From NCBI GenBank assembly GCA_963756875.1, contig CAVWPA010000003.1:1408001-1472000 (forward strand): 64,000 nt of DNA, in the 5' to 3' direction. The notes beneath the pieces are model-generated. The model was given only the letters and a program-made list of their open reading frames with translations. It made no database searches and was not told the origin of the DNA. The position numbers and the translations under genes are program-made. Positions within the stretch are counted from its first letter, which is position 1. The number at the start of each line of letters is the position of its first letter. The DNA comes from an uncultured Verrucomicrobiae bacterium (GTDB lineage: Bacteria > Verrucomicrobiota > Verrucomicrobiia > Chthoniobacterales > UBA10450). Positions 10,893 through 19,861 of the stretch are shown one piece after another.

Positions 10893-12350
10893 ATGGAGCC
10901 GGAAAATGAACTAATCGCGCTGCGGCGCAAAAAATTGGAGGACCTTCGCGCGCAAGGTGTGGAACCGTTCGGCGCCGCTTTCCAGACGTCGGGCTCGATC
11001 GCGGAGCTTCGGGAAAAATTCAAGGAAGGCGAAGTCTTCCACGCGGCCGGACGCATCACCGCGCACCGCGATATGGGCAAGAGCCACTTTGTCGATCTCC
11101 GCGACCTCACCGGGCGGATCCAGGTTTATCTGCATGCCAAAGAAATCGGCCCGGAAGCGATGGAGGTTTTTCAGCTTCTCGATCTTGGAGATTTTATTGG
11201 AGTAGAGGGCGTTTGTTTTTTGACCAAGACCGGCGAACCGACGCTGAAAGTGGGGAAGTTCGAGGTGTTGGCGAAATCGTTGCGGCCGCTTCCGGAGAAA
11301 TGGCACGGCTTGCAGGACGTCGAAGCGCGATACCGAGAACGCTATCTCGATCTTCTCTCCAATGAACGCTCACGCGAAGTCTTTACCAAGCGCATCGCGA
11401 TGGTGCGCGAGATCCGGCGGTTTCTCGAAGACCGCGACTTTTCTGAAGTGGAAACGCCAATCCTGCAAACTGTGGCCGGCGGCGCCGCGGCCGAGCCGTT
11501 TCAGACGCACCACAAAGCGCTGGGCATCGATCTTTATCTGCGCATCGCCCCTGAGCTTTATTTGAAACGCCTCCTGGTCGGCGGTTTCGACAAGGTCTTC
11601 GAGCTCAGCCGCAACTTCCGGAACGAAGGAATCTCCCGGAAACACAATCCCGAGTTCACCATGCTCGAAGTTTACTGGGCTTACGCCGATTTCGAAAAAA
11701 TGGCGAATCTGGTTGAAGAACTGATTTGCCATGCGGCGGAAAAGGTTTGCGGTTCGCTCCAGATCGAGCACAGGGATGCTGATGGAAAAATCGTGCGCAC
11801 GATCAATCTGCAGCGTCCGTGGCGTCGCGCTCGTTATGCCGATCTGGTGCGCGAAGTAGCCGGCAAGGATTGGTTCGAACTGAACAGCGAACAGCGGCGC
11901 GATCGGGCCACGCGCCAGTTTGATCTGGAGATTCTGCCGCAGTTGGCCGATTTCGAAGTGACACAGCATGTCTTTGAAAAACTGGTCGAAGAAAAAACGT
12001 TCGACCCGCTTTTCGTGACGCATTGTCCGAAGGAGTTGGTCCCGCTCGCCAAAGAAAATCGCAAAGACCGTGCGCTGGTCGATGTTTACGAACTGATCAT
12101 TAACGGTGCGGAAATTTCGCCCGGCTACACCGAATTGAACGATCCGGACGCTCAACGGCAGCGTTTGCTCGAGCAAGCGGGCGAGGAGACGCAAAAAATC
12201 GACGAAGACTTTCTGCTCGCGCTGGAGCACGGCATGCCGCCGGCGGGCGGTTTTGGGCTTGGCATCGATCGGCTGGCAATGCTGCTAACCGGGGCGGAAT
12301 CGATTCGCGACGTGATTCTGTTTCCGCTGCTCAAACCGAAACAGAACTAA
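10893..12350 (+). CDS. lysS: Lysine--tRNA ligase (class II)
   Basis: LPEKWHGL, RYRERYLDL, YLRIAPELYLKRL, FRNEGISRKHNPEF and GMPPAGGFGLGIDRL motifs. Confidence 0.98.
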   Translation: MEPENELIALRRKKLEDLRAQGVEPFGAAFQTSGSIAELREKFKEGEVFHAAGRITAHRDMGKSHFVDLRDLTGRIQVYLHAKEIGPEAMEVFQLLDLGDFIGVEGVCFLTKTGEPTLKVGKFEVLAKSLRPLPEKWHGLQDVEARYRERYLDLLSNERSREVFTKRIAMVREIRRFLEDRDFSEVETPILQTVAGGAAAEPFQTHHKALGIDLYLRIAPELYLKRLLVGGFDKVFELSRNFRNEGISRKHNPEFTMLEVYWAYADFEKMANLVEELICHAAEKVCGSLQIEHRDADGKIVRTINLQRPWRRARYADLVREVAGKDWFELNSEQRRDRATRQFDLEILPQLADFEVTQHVFEKLVEEKTFDPLFVTHCPKELVPLAKENRKDRALVDVYELIINGAEISPGYTELNDPDAQRQRLLEQAGEETQKIDEDFLLALEHGMPPAGGFGLGIDRLAMLLTGAESIRDVILFPLLKPKQN

Positions 12351-12379
12351 CGGCGTTGGTCCCGCGCGACCGAAGAGAG

Positions 12380-12472
12380 TCCGCCAAATGACGCCAAAAA
12401 ACGCGAACAATTCGGAATTAGAGCTCGGAAAAACAGCACCATCTTTTGGCGTTATTTGGCGTGTTTGGCGGA
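12380..12472. repeat. Periodic inverted repeat (CGCCAAA units / TTTGGCG units)
   Basis: TCCGCCAAA (12380-12388) pairs with TTTGGCGGA (12464-12472); internal ~9-10 nt repeats. Confidence 0.6.
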
Positions 12473-12592
12473 TCAATTCTTTTCGTATGGAGGCAGCAAA
12501 ATGCGGCATGAAAGATTTTAACCGGGGTGGATTTCAGGTATAGCACTCCAGCGCTCTTGCAATTTTTCCGGATCCGGCTAAAGCAATCGCAC

Positions 12593-12662
12593 GGCAATGG
12601 AGTTTGCCGCCTCGCAGTTTGATGGAAACCGTCCCGCGGCCGCGGGACTAATGACTCCTACC
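12593..12662 (+). ncRNA. Fluoride riboswitch (crcB motif)
   Basis: GGCAATGGAGTTTGCC...AAACCG-[GTCCCGCGG/CCGCGGGAC]-TAATGACTCCTAC. P1 is GGCAA/TTGCC and the pseudoknot is GGAGT/ACTCC. Directly upstream of crcB. Confidence 0.93.
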
Positions 12663-12684
12663 GTGATAAAACGGTTGGAGTATT

Positions 12685-13074
12685 ATGCTGAATTATCTGA
12701 GCATCATGTTAGGCGGAGCGCTTGGAACAGGCGCGCGCTTTTGGCTGTCGGGATTTGTCGCGCAACGTTACGGCGAATTTTTTCCGGTGGACACCCTGGT
12801 CGTAAACATTACGGGATGTTTTTTGATCGGCATATTTGGCGGATTGGCCGAGCCGCCCAGTCCGTTACTGGTTTCTCCCGCTCTGCGGCAATTTTTTATG
12901 ATCGGGCTTTGCGGCGGCTACACCACATTTTCGTCGTTTGGTCTGCAAACTTTAAATCTCGCGGAAAATGGCGAGCTTTGGAAAGCTGCGTTGAATGCCG
13001 CGCTCTCGCTTGTTTGCTGTGTCGTTGCAGTTTGGCTTGGCAGAATCGTTGCCCTTAGCGTTAGCGCCCGTTAA
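12685..13074 (+). CDS. crcB: Fluoride efflux channel Fluc/CrcB
   Basis: GGALGTGAR, TLVVNITGCFLIG and GLCGGYTTFSSF signatures. Confidence 0.96.
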   Translation: MLNYLSIMLGGALGTGARFWLSGFVAQRYGEFFPVDTLVVNITGCFLIGIFGGLAEPPSPLLVSPALRQFFMIGLCGGYTTFSSFGLQTLNLAENGELWKAALNAALSLVCCVVAVWLGRIVALSVSAR

Positions 13075-13080
13075 AAAATA

Positions 13081-13425
13081 ATGAATCTTCCCGAAGACGC
13101 GGTTTTGCTGCGAATTTTCATTGGCGAAAGCGACAAGTGGCAGCATCAGCCGCTTTACGAAGCGATCGTAATGAAGGCGCGCGAACTGCATCTTGCCGGA
13201 GCAACCGTGCTGCGCGCTTCCATGGGCTTCGGGGCGGCGAGCCGCGTGCACACAGCGAAGATCCTTCGCCTGTCGATGGATTTGCCAATTGTCGTCGAGA
13301 TCGTCGATTCCGAGGAAAAGGTGAACATGCTGCTGCCGGCGCTGGACGAAATGATGGGCGGCGGTTTGGTTACCCTGGAAAAGGTGAAAGTCATTCATTA
13401 TCGCCACCAGAAGGAGTCGGATTAG
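13081..13425 (+). CDS. DUF190 family PII-like protein
   Basis: LLRIFIGESDKW..PLYEAIV, GATVLR..MGFG and SMDLPIVVEIVDSEEK motifs; usual neighbour of crcB. Confidence 0.9.
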   Translation: MNLPEDAVLLRIFIGESDKWQHQPLYEAIVMKARELHLAGATVLRASMGFGAASRVHTAKILRLSMDLPIVVEIVDSEEKVNMLLPALDEMMGGGLVTLEKVKVIHYRHQKESD

Positions 13426-13446
13426 GAGTCCCGCTCCGCACGGTTC

Positions 13447-13610
13447 GGAGAGCGCACGCGTCCCGCGTGCAGTTTGCGGCGCCTCGCCGCAAACATGAAA
13501 TCAAACCGCGAAGCGGCACTTTCCTCACCGGAAAGCGAGGTTTCGCGTTTTTGATGCAGGCTTTTCGGTGAAGGCGTCGAAGAAGGCACGCCAGGGCTCG
13601 TACGCTCCCC
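13447..13610. repeat. REP/REPIN-like inverted pair
   Basis: GGAGAGCGCACGCGTCCCGCGTGC at the left end and a degenerate complement GCACGCCAGGGCTCGTACGCTCCCC at the right; internal hairpin GTTTGCGGCG/CGCCGCAAAC. Confidence 0.5.
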
Positions 13611-13676
13611 AATCCCGCGCCATTATCCCTTTCCAGACCCATTGTCATAATTCTAATCGCTTCTCATCTTTCTGGA

Positions 13677-14336
13677 ATGGAACGCAACTTGACAATGGCA
13701 AAGCGCGACAAGAATTTGCCGGGGGAGGGTGAGATGTTAAGGCCCGACATGGATTTAACGGCGATCTCAGGGGTCTCGGATGATCAACTCATGGAGCGGA
13801 TCACTGCGCAACAGCCGCAGGCGCTCAATGAGTTTTTCTCGCGTCATGCCAGCCGAATCAGATCGGTCATCGGCAACGTGGTGCATGAGAAGGCAGACAC
13901 GGATGACGTGCTCCAGGAAATCTTGCTGCAAATTTGGCGCGACTCCGGACGTTACTCATCAAAATCCGGGAAGTTGCTCGGCTGGGTCGTGACCTTGGCG
14001 CGCCGGCGCGCGATTGACCGGTTGCGGCGCAAACAGGCTTACTGCAGGGCAAAAGAGCAGTACGAGGAGTATTTGAATCGGCAGCCGGCGTTCGAGCCGC
14101 ATTCCTTCGAGGAAATTTCGCGGTCCGACCTGCGGCGGTTCCTGCAGCGACGCCTTAAAACGCTTCCGCGTCATCAACGGCAGGCGATCGAGCTTTCCTT
14201 TTTTACCGGGATGAGCCATCGCGAAATTGCTGCGGTCACTCGGACCCCGCTGGGGACGGTAAAAACACGCCTCGAGCTTGGGCTGCAAAAATTGACCCAT
14301 TCGCTCCGGCCGATGCGGCACAAAATCTGCGGTTAA
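13677..14336 (+). CDS. ECF-family RNA polymerase sigma factor (start may be 13695 or 13733)
   Basis: DDVLQEILLQIW, WVVTLARRRAIDRLR and LPRHQRQAIELSFFTGMSHREIA..PLGTVKTRL motifs. Confidence 0.92.
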   Translation: MERNLTMAKRDKNLPGEGEMLRPDMDLTAISGVSDDQLMERITAQQPQALNEFFSRHASRIRSVIGNVVHEKADTDDVLQEILLQIWRDSGRYSSKSGKLLGWVVTLARRRAIDRLRRKQAYCRAKEQYEEYLNRQPAFEPHSFEEISRSDLRRFLQRRLKTLPRHQRQAIELSFFTGMSHREIAAVTRTPLGTVKTRLELGLQKLTHSLRPMRHKICG

Positions 14337-14524
14337 GTTCACCGCAAACGATGCACTAAAGATCTAGGGTTGCCGGGGCTCCGAAATGGCCTTGGGGAAA
14401 ATAATCGGAGTCCCGGCAAAGGGTTTTTAGACGGCCGCCCGAATGGTGTCGATCTTTCTTTCGCAAGAAATTGAGGGTGTGTTCCGGGCTGTAAATCTCC
14501 GTTTCTCGTGCTAACTTTGCACAA

Positions 14525-14860
14525 ATGGACACGCCTCAAATCACTGCTTATCTCAAGACTTATTGCGGCTGGAGCGCCGGTGTGCGCGCCATTCTCGCCA
14601 AATACAATCTGAAGTACATAGAGAAGGATATTATCCAAAACCCGGCTTTCCGTTGGGAAATGGAAACGAAAAGCAGCCAGCCGCTCTCGCCGTGTGTTGA
14701 CATAAATGGACACATGCTCGCGGACGTCAGCGGGGAAGAAGTCGAGAAGTATTTGATCGACAACAAGATTGTTCAGCAAAGCGACGCCCAGACTGATGTG
14801 CCGCTCAATGCTCCCTGTGCCACCGAGGAGCATGAGAGCAACGTGCAGCTTAATTTCTGA
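14525..14860 (+). CDS. Monothiol glutaredoxin-like protein (CGWS)
   Basis: YLKTYCGWS active-site motif and SQPLSPCVDING. Confidence 0.8.
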   Translation: MDTPQITAYLKTYCGWSAGVRAILAKYNLKYIEKDIIQNPAFRWEMETKSSQPLSPCVDINGHMLADVSGEEVEKYLIDNKIVQQSDAQTDVPLNAPCATEEHESNVQLNF

Positions 14861-14864
14861 TCTT

Positions 14865-14975
14865 GTTAAAAAGGTTACAACGTTAAAAGCGTTGAATCGT
14901 TGCAGAGTTAAAGGGGTCAAAAGGTCGGATCCTTTGTAGCTTTGTAATACCTGTAACTTTTTTTAACCCTTCAAC
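14865..14975. repeat. AT-rich ~9-nt periodic inverted repeat (GTTAAA/GTTACA vs TGTAAC/TTTAAC)
   Basis: Repeated GTT(A/G) units on the left arm are mirrored by their complements on the right arm. Confidence 0.6.
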
Positions 14976-14976
14976 G

Positions 14977-17139
14977 ATGAAACTTTTCGCGCGCGCGCGT
15001 CCGCGAAAGAAACGGAGCAAACTCTTCCGTTACGGCTGGAAGATCACACTCATCGGCCTGGTCGGAGGCTCCGTGCTGTCCGTTATTGTGTTCTACGGAG
15101 TTTGGGCCGCGACTTTCGATATGAAGAAGGTCGGTGAAATGCCGGAGCGCAACACCGTGTTCGATGTGGACGGAAGAATTTACAGCCGTCTCGCCGGGGC
15201 GAACCGTTTGAGGGTCCCGCTCGATCAGGTCTCACCGCTTTTCATCAAGGCGTTGCTCGCCCGCGAGGACACCCGTTTTTATCAACACCCCGGGATCGAC
15301 TGGCATGGGATCGCTCGCGCGCTGATCCGCGATCTTCTAAGCGGTTCGGCAAAGGAAGGAGCGAGCAGCCTCACCCAGCAGCTTGCGCGCAACAGTCTCC
15401 CGCTGGGGGGTCGAACCATTAGCCGCAAGTTGCTGGAAGCGATGGTGGCGTTACGCATCGAGCAAACGTTCACCAAAAAACAGATTCTCGAGCTTTATGT
15501 GAACCGGATTTATTTTGGCTCCGGCTGTTATGGCGTTGAAACCGCTTCGCAGGCTTACTTTGGCAAGCACGCCTCAACCCTGAATCTTTCCGAAGCCGCG
15601 TTGCTTGCCGGTTTAATCCGCAGCCCCAATCGCTTTTCGCCTCTGAAAAATCCCGAAGGCGCGGCGCTCCAACGCGATGCTGTCCTGGACCGAATGGTCA
15701 AATTGAAAAAGATCTCGCTTGCCGATGCGATGCGCGCCAGGGCGACCAGGGTCAATACGCATCCCAAACGGATGCTCCAAATCCAGGAGAACTACGCGAT
15801 GGACGCCGTCCAGCGTGATTTAAACCTGCTCCTCAGTCAGGACCAGATCGATAACGGCGGTCTCTCTATATATACTACGCTCGATCCCGCCGTGCAGAAT
15901 GCCGCCCAGCAGGCGCTTGAGACTCAGCTCGCCAAAATCGAGCACCAGGCGAATTTCCACCATCCTATCAAGGCCAATTATCACCCGGTGGAAGGTCAGG
16001 AGGAGTCCTCCATGCCTTATTTGGAAGGGGCCGTAGTTTGCATCGATGACAAAAGCGGCGGCATTCGCGCGCTCGTGGGGGGTCGCGATTATTCGCAAAG
16101 CAAATTCAATCGCGCGCTTCCTCCCGCCAACCGGCAGATCGGGTCCGCTTTCAAGCCATTCGTTTACACGGTTGCGTTTTCGGAAGGCCTTCTTCCCGGT
16201 GCAGCCATCAGCGATGACCGCATCCAGCCCGGCGAAATCCAGGGCGCGGGAAATTGGTCGCCGGGGAATTCCGACGGCACTTATCGCGGCATAGAGTCCT
16301 GCTCTTATGGTTTAATTCATTCGCGCAACACCATGAGCGTGCGCGTCGGCCAGTTCGCCGGACTCGATGCGGTCCAGAAAGTCGCCACCACACTCAATCT
16401 CGGACAGAATATTCCGCGCGTTCCGGCGATCTATATCGGGTCGTTTGAAACCGACCTGAAAGATCTCACGGCGGCCTACACCGTGTTTCCCAATGCCGGT
16501 GTGCGCAAGCAGGCGTACATCATCGAGCGCATCGATGATCCCGAGCATCTGCCGATTTATCGCGCCGCGCATATTTCCGCGCCGGCGCTCAACCCGAGCG
16601 CTTCCTGGATGACTTCGCGTTTGATGGAAGAGGTGCTCACCCGCGGCACGGCTGCCAGCGCGCGTTCGTTAGGCTTCAAGCTGCCCGCCGCCGGGAAAAC
16701 CGGAACGACCAACGATTACAAGGACGCATGGTTTCTTGGTTATACCAGCGCACTTACCTGCGGTGTCTGGGTGGGGTTCGATCAGCCGACAACGATTATT
16801 CCCCACGGTTACGGGTCGGCGCTGGCGCTCCCGATCTGGGTGCAGGTGATGAACAAGGCCGCGCAACGATATCCGGCACAGGAATTTCAGCCCACCATGC
16901 CCATCGTACGCGCGCTGGTTTGCTCGGTTTCAAATCAGCTTGCCACAACCGGTTGCGAAGCGGCCGGCACAGCCTACGAAATTGATTTGCCCGCCGATAA
17001 AGTGCCCACCGTAGCATGCGAACTGCATGGCGGTCAGGAAATGCAGTTCGCGCAAAGACCGGGGGACATTGGCAAAAAGGCCAGCGAGCTTCCAAACAAG
17101 CTCTTTCAATCGCTCAAGAAACTGTTCGGCGGGAAATAA
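14977..17139 (+). CDS. Class A penicillin-binding protein (PBP1A family)
   Basis: Transglycosylase EDTRFYQH, GASSLTQQ and RKLLE; transpeptidase SAFK, SRN and KTGT motifs. Confidence 0.95.
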   Translation: MKLFARARPRKKRSKLFRYGWKITLIGLVGGSVLSVIVFYGVWAATFDMKKVGEMPERNTVFDVDGRIYSRLAGANRLRVPLDQVSPLFIKALLAREDTRFYQHPGIDWHGIARALIRDLLSGSAKEGASSLTQQLARNSLPLGGRTISRKLLEAMVALRIEQTFTKKQILELYVNRIYFGSGCYGVETASQAYFGKHASTLNLSEAALLAGLIRSPNRFSPLKNPEGAALQRDAVLDRMVKLKKISLADAMRARATRVNTHPKRMLQIQENYAMDAVQRDLNLLLSQDQIDNGGLSIYTTLDPAVQNAAQQALETQLAKIEHQANFHHPIKANYHPVEGQEESSMPYLEGAVVCIDDKSGGIRALVGGRDYSQSKFNRALPPANRQIGSAFKPFVYTVAFSEGLLPGAAISDDRIQPGEIQGAGNWSPGNSDGTYRGIESCSYGLIHSRNTMSVRVGQFAGLDAVQKVATTLNLGQNIPRVPAIYIGSFETDLKDLTAAYTVFPNAGVRKQAYIIERIDDPEHLPIYRAAHISAPALNPSASWMTSRLMEEVLTRGTAASARSLGFKLPAAGKTGTTNDYKDAWFLGYTSALTCGVWVGFDQPTTIIPHGYGSALALPIWVQVMNKAAQRYPAQEFQPTMPIVRALVCSVSNQLATTGCEAAGTAYEIDLPADKVPTVACELHGGQEMQFAQRPGDIGKKASELPNKLFQSLKKLFGGK

Positions 17140-17253
17140 GAGATTCCCTCGGACAAAGGTTGCCAGGGATGGCGACGGAGTTCCTCTGCGGTCGCTCAAC
17201 ATCCAACTTGAACCAAGCGTCAGCGGGCGAAGGGAATCGAACGTGAGAAAGGC

Positions 17254-17283
17254 TTGACACAAATTGCGACAAAGTAGTATCTG
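17254..17283 (+). promoter_or_regulatory. Probable sigma70 promoter of the secreted-protein operon
   Basis: Perfect TTGACA at 17254-17259, with a TAGTAT/TATCTG -10-like region at 17275-17283. Confidence 0.45.
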
Positions 17284-17309
17284 GCCTGTCAGGCCCACCA
17301 ACCCAACTT

Positions 17310-17837
17310 GTGATGAAAATCTCCCGCAGCATCGTGGTAGCGCTATTAATCAGCGGAATAATCGTAGCCTCTACCCAGGCCGCCGGGCATGGAGGCGCTC
17401 TCACTCCGCTCCATAATACAACCAAACGCGGCGGTTACGTTATCGAGACGGTGGGCGACACCCTGCACCAGGCGCCGCCTCAGGATACCCGTCTGATCAT
17501 TCGCGTTTCCGCCGACAAAAAGCTGATTAAGCCGGCAAGCATCGCGCTGATCGACAAGAGCGGTGCTGCGATCAAGCCGGTGTTTCGTGAGGACCGAAAA
17601 GTTGGCCACGAAGAAAATACGGGGTTGCCCTTGTCGGTCGGCGGATACGGGGACACGTCGGGGGTTCATTCCACGGGCGTCGGAATCAATCTCAACAAGA
17701 TCTTTGGACCGCACGGCAGCTACGCCTACACGAAAGTGGATTGGCCGAAGAACGTGTTCACTGCGGACAAAAAACTGCAGATCGTTTTGCCCGGCGGGCA
17801 GGCGCTTCTTCTTCCGCTGACTGCAATCGCCCAATGA
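17310..17837 (+). CDS. Exported hypothetical protein (ORF A)
   Basis: Sec signal (KISRSIVVALLISGIIVASTQA); ATGA overlap with the next gene. Confidence 0.75.
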   Translation: MMKISRSIVVALLISGIIVASTQAAGHGGALTPLHNTTKRGGYVIETVGDTLHQAPPQDTRLIIRVSADKKLIKPASIALIDKSGAAIKPVFREDRKVGHEENTGLPLSVGGYGDTSGVHSTGVGINLNKIFGPHGSYAYTKVDWPKNVFTADKKLQIVLPGGQALLLPLTAIAQ

Positions 17838-18316
17838 AACCCCATGCTTTTATCTGCTCGCTCGCGATCGCTGCAATTGGTTTCATTCTGACCGGAAACG
17901 CATTCGCGAAACCGGCCGGCTGTCCCTGCAATCCATGCAAATGCGGCGTCTGTCATTGCGGTGGCGGCGGCGGCGGTGGTGGTGGTGGCGAGAAACAGGC
18001 ACATAAAAAGGAGGGCGGCAAAAAAGAGGGCGACAAACATCACCACGGGCGAGGGAATCATGAAGGAGGCAGCAGCGTCGGAGTGGGATTCGATGTCGAT
18101 CTTGGCGGCGTCGGACATCGTACGCGGGAACCGGATCCGTTTGCCGTTTCCGAAGGATCGTCCAGCTCACAAACACACGAGCGACATACGGCGAAAAACA
18201 AGGAGACCCATGTCGCCAACTCCAATCCATTTGCCGATATAAAGCTTACGGGGAAACAGGCCAAAAACATAGCCGCATCGGAAGGCTCTTCCGGGACGAC
18301 GTTGCCCAAAAAATAA
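17834..18316 (+). CDS. Exported Cys-cluster / poly-Gly / His-Lys-rich small protein (ORF B)
   Basis: ATG at 17834 overlaps the upstream TGA. Signal peptide ending NAFA, then GCPCNPCKCGVCHC, G10 and KHHHGRGNH. Confidence 0.8.
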   Translation: MKPHAFICSLAIAAIGFILTGNAFAKPAGCPCNPCKCGVCHCGGGGGGGGGGEKQAHKKEGGKKEGDKHHHGRGNHEGGSSVGVGFDVDLGGVGHRTREPDPFAVSEGSSSSQTHERHTAKNKETHVANSNPFADIKLTGKQAKNIAASEGSSGTTLPKK

Positions 18317-18364
18317 TCATGGCATCGCCGTTTCCACAAAGGGGGCCAGCGCGAGGCGTTCCCA

Positions 18365-19861
18365 GTGGATCGGATTAGCTTGTTCGCGGCTGGTTGGTCC
18401 GCTGTTGCGGCGAGCCTCGTCTTTATCGGCAATCCCATTCTTGCCGACACACTGACGTCGCAAGTGCGGATCGACGTCAAAATCGTCGAGGTCAGCCGCA
18501 ACTCGACACGCGAGCTCGGCATTGATAATAGCCTCGCTGAAGCTCTTTCAAAGTTGCCGCCGGACGCTTCCAAGCTGCCCGCGCCCCAGACGTCGGTTCC
18601 GGTTTTGGGGCCGTCTCCTTCTGCCGGCGTCATTGGTCAGCGCCTTTTTCCCAACGAGGAAGCACCGTACAACATCACATTTAGCACGATGCTGACAGAC
18701 CCTCAGCTTGAAGCCATGCTGAAAGCGTTCGACCGTGCGAAGAACGCCAAAGTTCTTTCGGTGCCGACCGTCATGGCTCCGTATAATCAGCGTGCAAGCA
18801 TCGTCATTAATCCTTCGGTCCCGTTTCCCAACCAAACGCTGATCCTCGACGCGACGCCGCACCTCGGCGCGGATGGCAGCATCCTGATTACGATTGTTCC
18901 CAAAGTGTCGGAAGGGAACATTCTTCAACAGCCCACAGTGCAGCCACGGGAAGTCGCGAATCCGATCACCGTGGGGATCGACCAGGTTCCGGTGCTGGGC
19001 GGACTTTTCAAGAAGACTCAGACTCCCGAGCACAAGGAGAACCTGATCGTTTTCGTTACCGCTCAACCCGTCGATGTGTTTTCGCATTCCAGCAGTGGGA
19101 ACGGGTCGGATCCGGTTAAGGTGGATGCGGTCGGCACCGGCGAAACCATCGGACACGTCGGGGATCTGAACATTCAAAATCTTACGGATGGTCCGCTGCA
19201 TTTTTTCGTCCCGCCGATGATCCTCGAATCGATTAATGGCTCCGACCAGGATTACGTTTGTCCGCACGGCGAGAACGTGTCGATTCCCGCGGGTCAAACC
19301 AAAACGGTTCCCATGGATGGCGTTTGCATCAACCGGAACAAGCCGCCTGTCGGCAAAGGTGTCAGCGGCGCGCTCGTCGTGAACACGGTCGAACCCAATA
19401 TTGCCCAACATCCCGATTGTCATCTGCCCGCGAAGGCAGCCGGCAATTTGTTGCTCATTTGCGATTCGATTTATCAGGCGGCTGAAAAACTGCAGGAAGA
19501 AGGCGAGCTAAAGGAATTCCCTTACAAGAAAAAGAAGGAGCAAAAGGAGATCCTGGTGCAATGGAGCACCTGGGCCAACCCACGGATTTCCGAAGTCACA
19601 AAAGAACCGCCGGCGACGAAGGACGATCTAAAGAAGGTCGTTTACAAACAGGTTGAAGAAAAGGGAAAGCCGAGTCCCGGAACGAAGAAGAAGCTCGACC
19701 AGGGCATCGACACCATCTTCGAAAAAGTGGAGCTCACCTCAACGAAAGCCAAAGAGTTGGAAAAGCCCGATCCATTCGCCGGCGTGGAGCTAACAGGCGA
19801 GAAGGCCAAGAACGAGCAAGAGCCGGCCGCCCAAAGCCCGGCTCCGTCTCCAAAGGGATGA
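18365..19861 (+). CDS. Minimal secretin-like domain fused to conserved unknown domain X (ORF C)
   Basis: Secretin motifs QVRIDVKIVEVS..LGID, AKVLSVPTV..NQRASI, LDATPHL..DGSILITIVPKVS and VPVLGGLFK..KENLIVFVT; C-terminal half is paralogous to ORFs D-F. Confidence 0.75.
   Translation: MDRISLFAAGWSAVAASLVFIGNPILADTLTSQVRIDVKIVEVSRNSTRELGIDNSLAEALSKLPPDASKLPAPQTSVPVLGPSPSAGVIGQRLFPNEEAPYNITFSTMLTDPQLEAMLKAFDRAKNAKVLSVPTVMAPYNQRASIVINPSVPFPNQTLILDATPHLGADGSILITIVPKVSEGNILQQPTVQPREVANPITVGIDQVPVLGGLFKKTQTPEHKENLIVFVTAQPVDVFSHSSSGNGSDPVKVDAVGTGETIGHVGDLNIQNLTDGPLHFFVPPMILESINGSDQDYVCPHGENVSIPAGQTKTVPMDGVCINRNKPPVGKGVSGALVVNTVEPNIAQHPDCHLPAKAAGNLLLICDSIYQAAEKLQEEGELKEFPYKKKKEQKEILVQWSTWANPRISEVTKEPPATKDDLKKVVYKQVEEKGKPSPGTKKKLDQGIDTIFEKVELTSTKAKELEKPDPFAGVELTGEKAKNEQEPAAQSPAPSPKG

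Noticed and set aside
11370..12230. Long antisense or alternate-frame ORFs (e.g. 11370-12230, 18548-19423, 50108-51013)
   Set aside because: Shadows of well-supported genes in GC-rich DNA, with no recognisable motifs.
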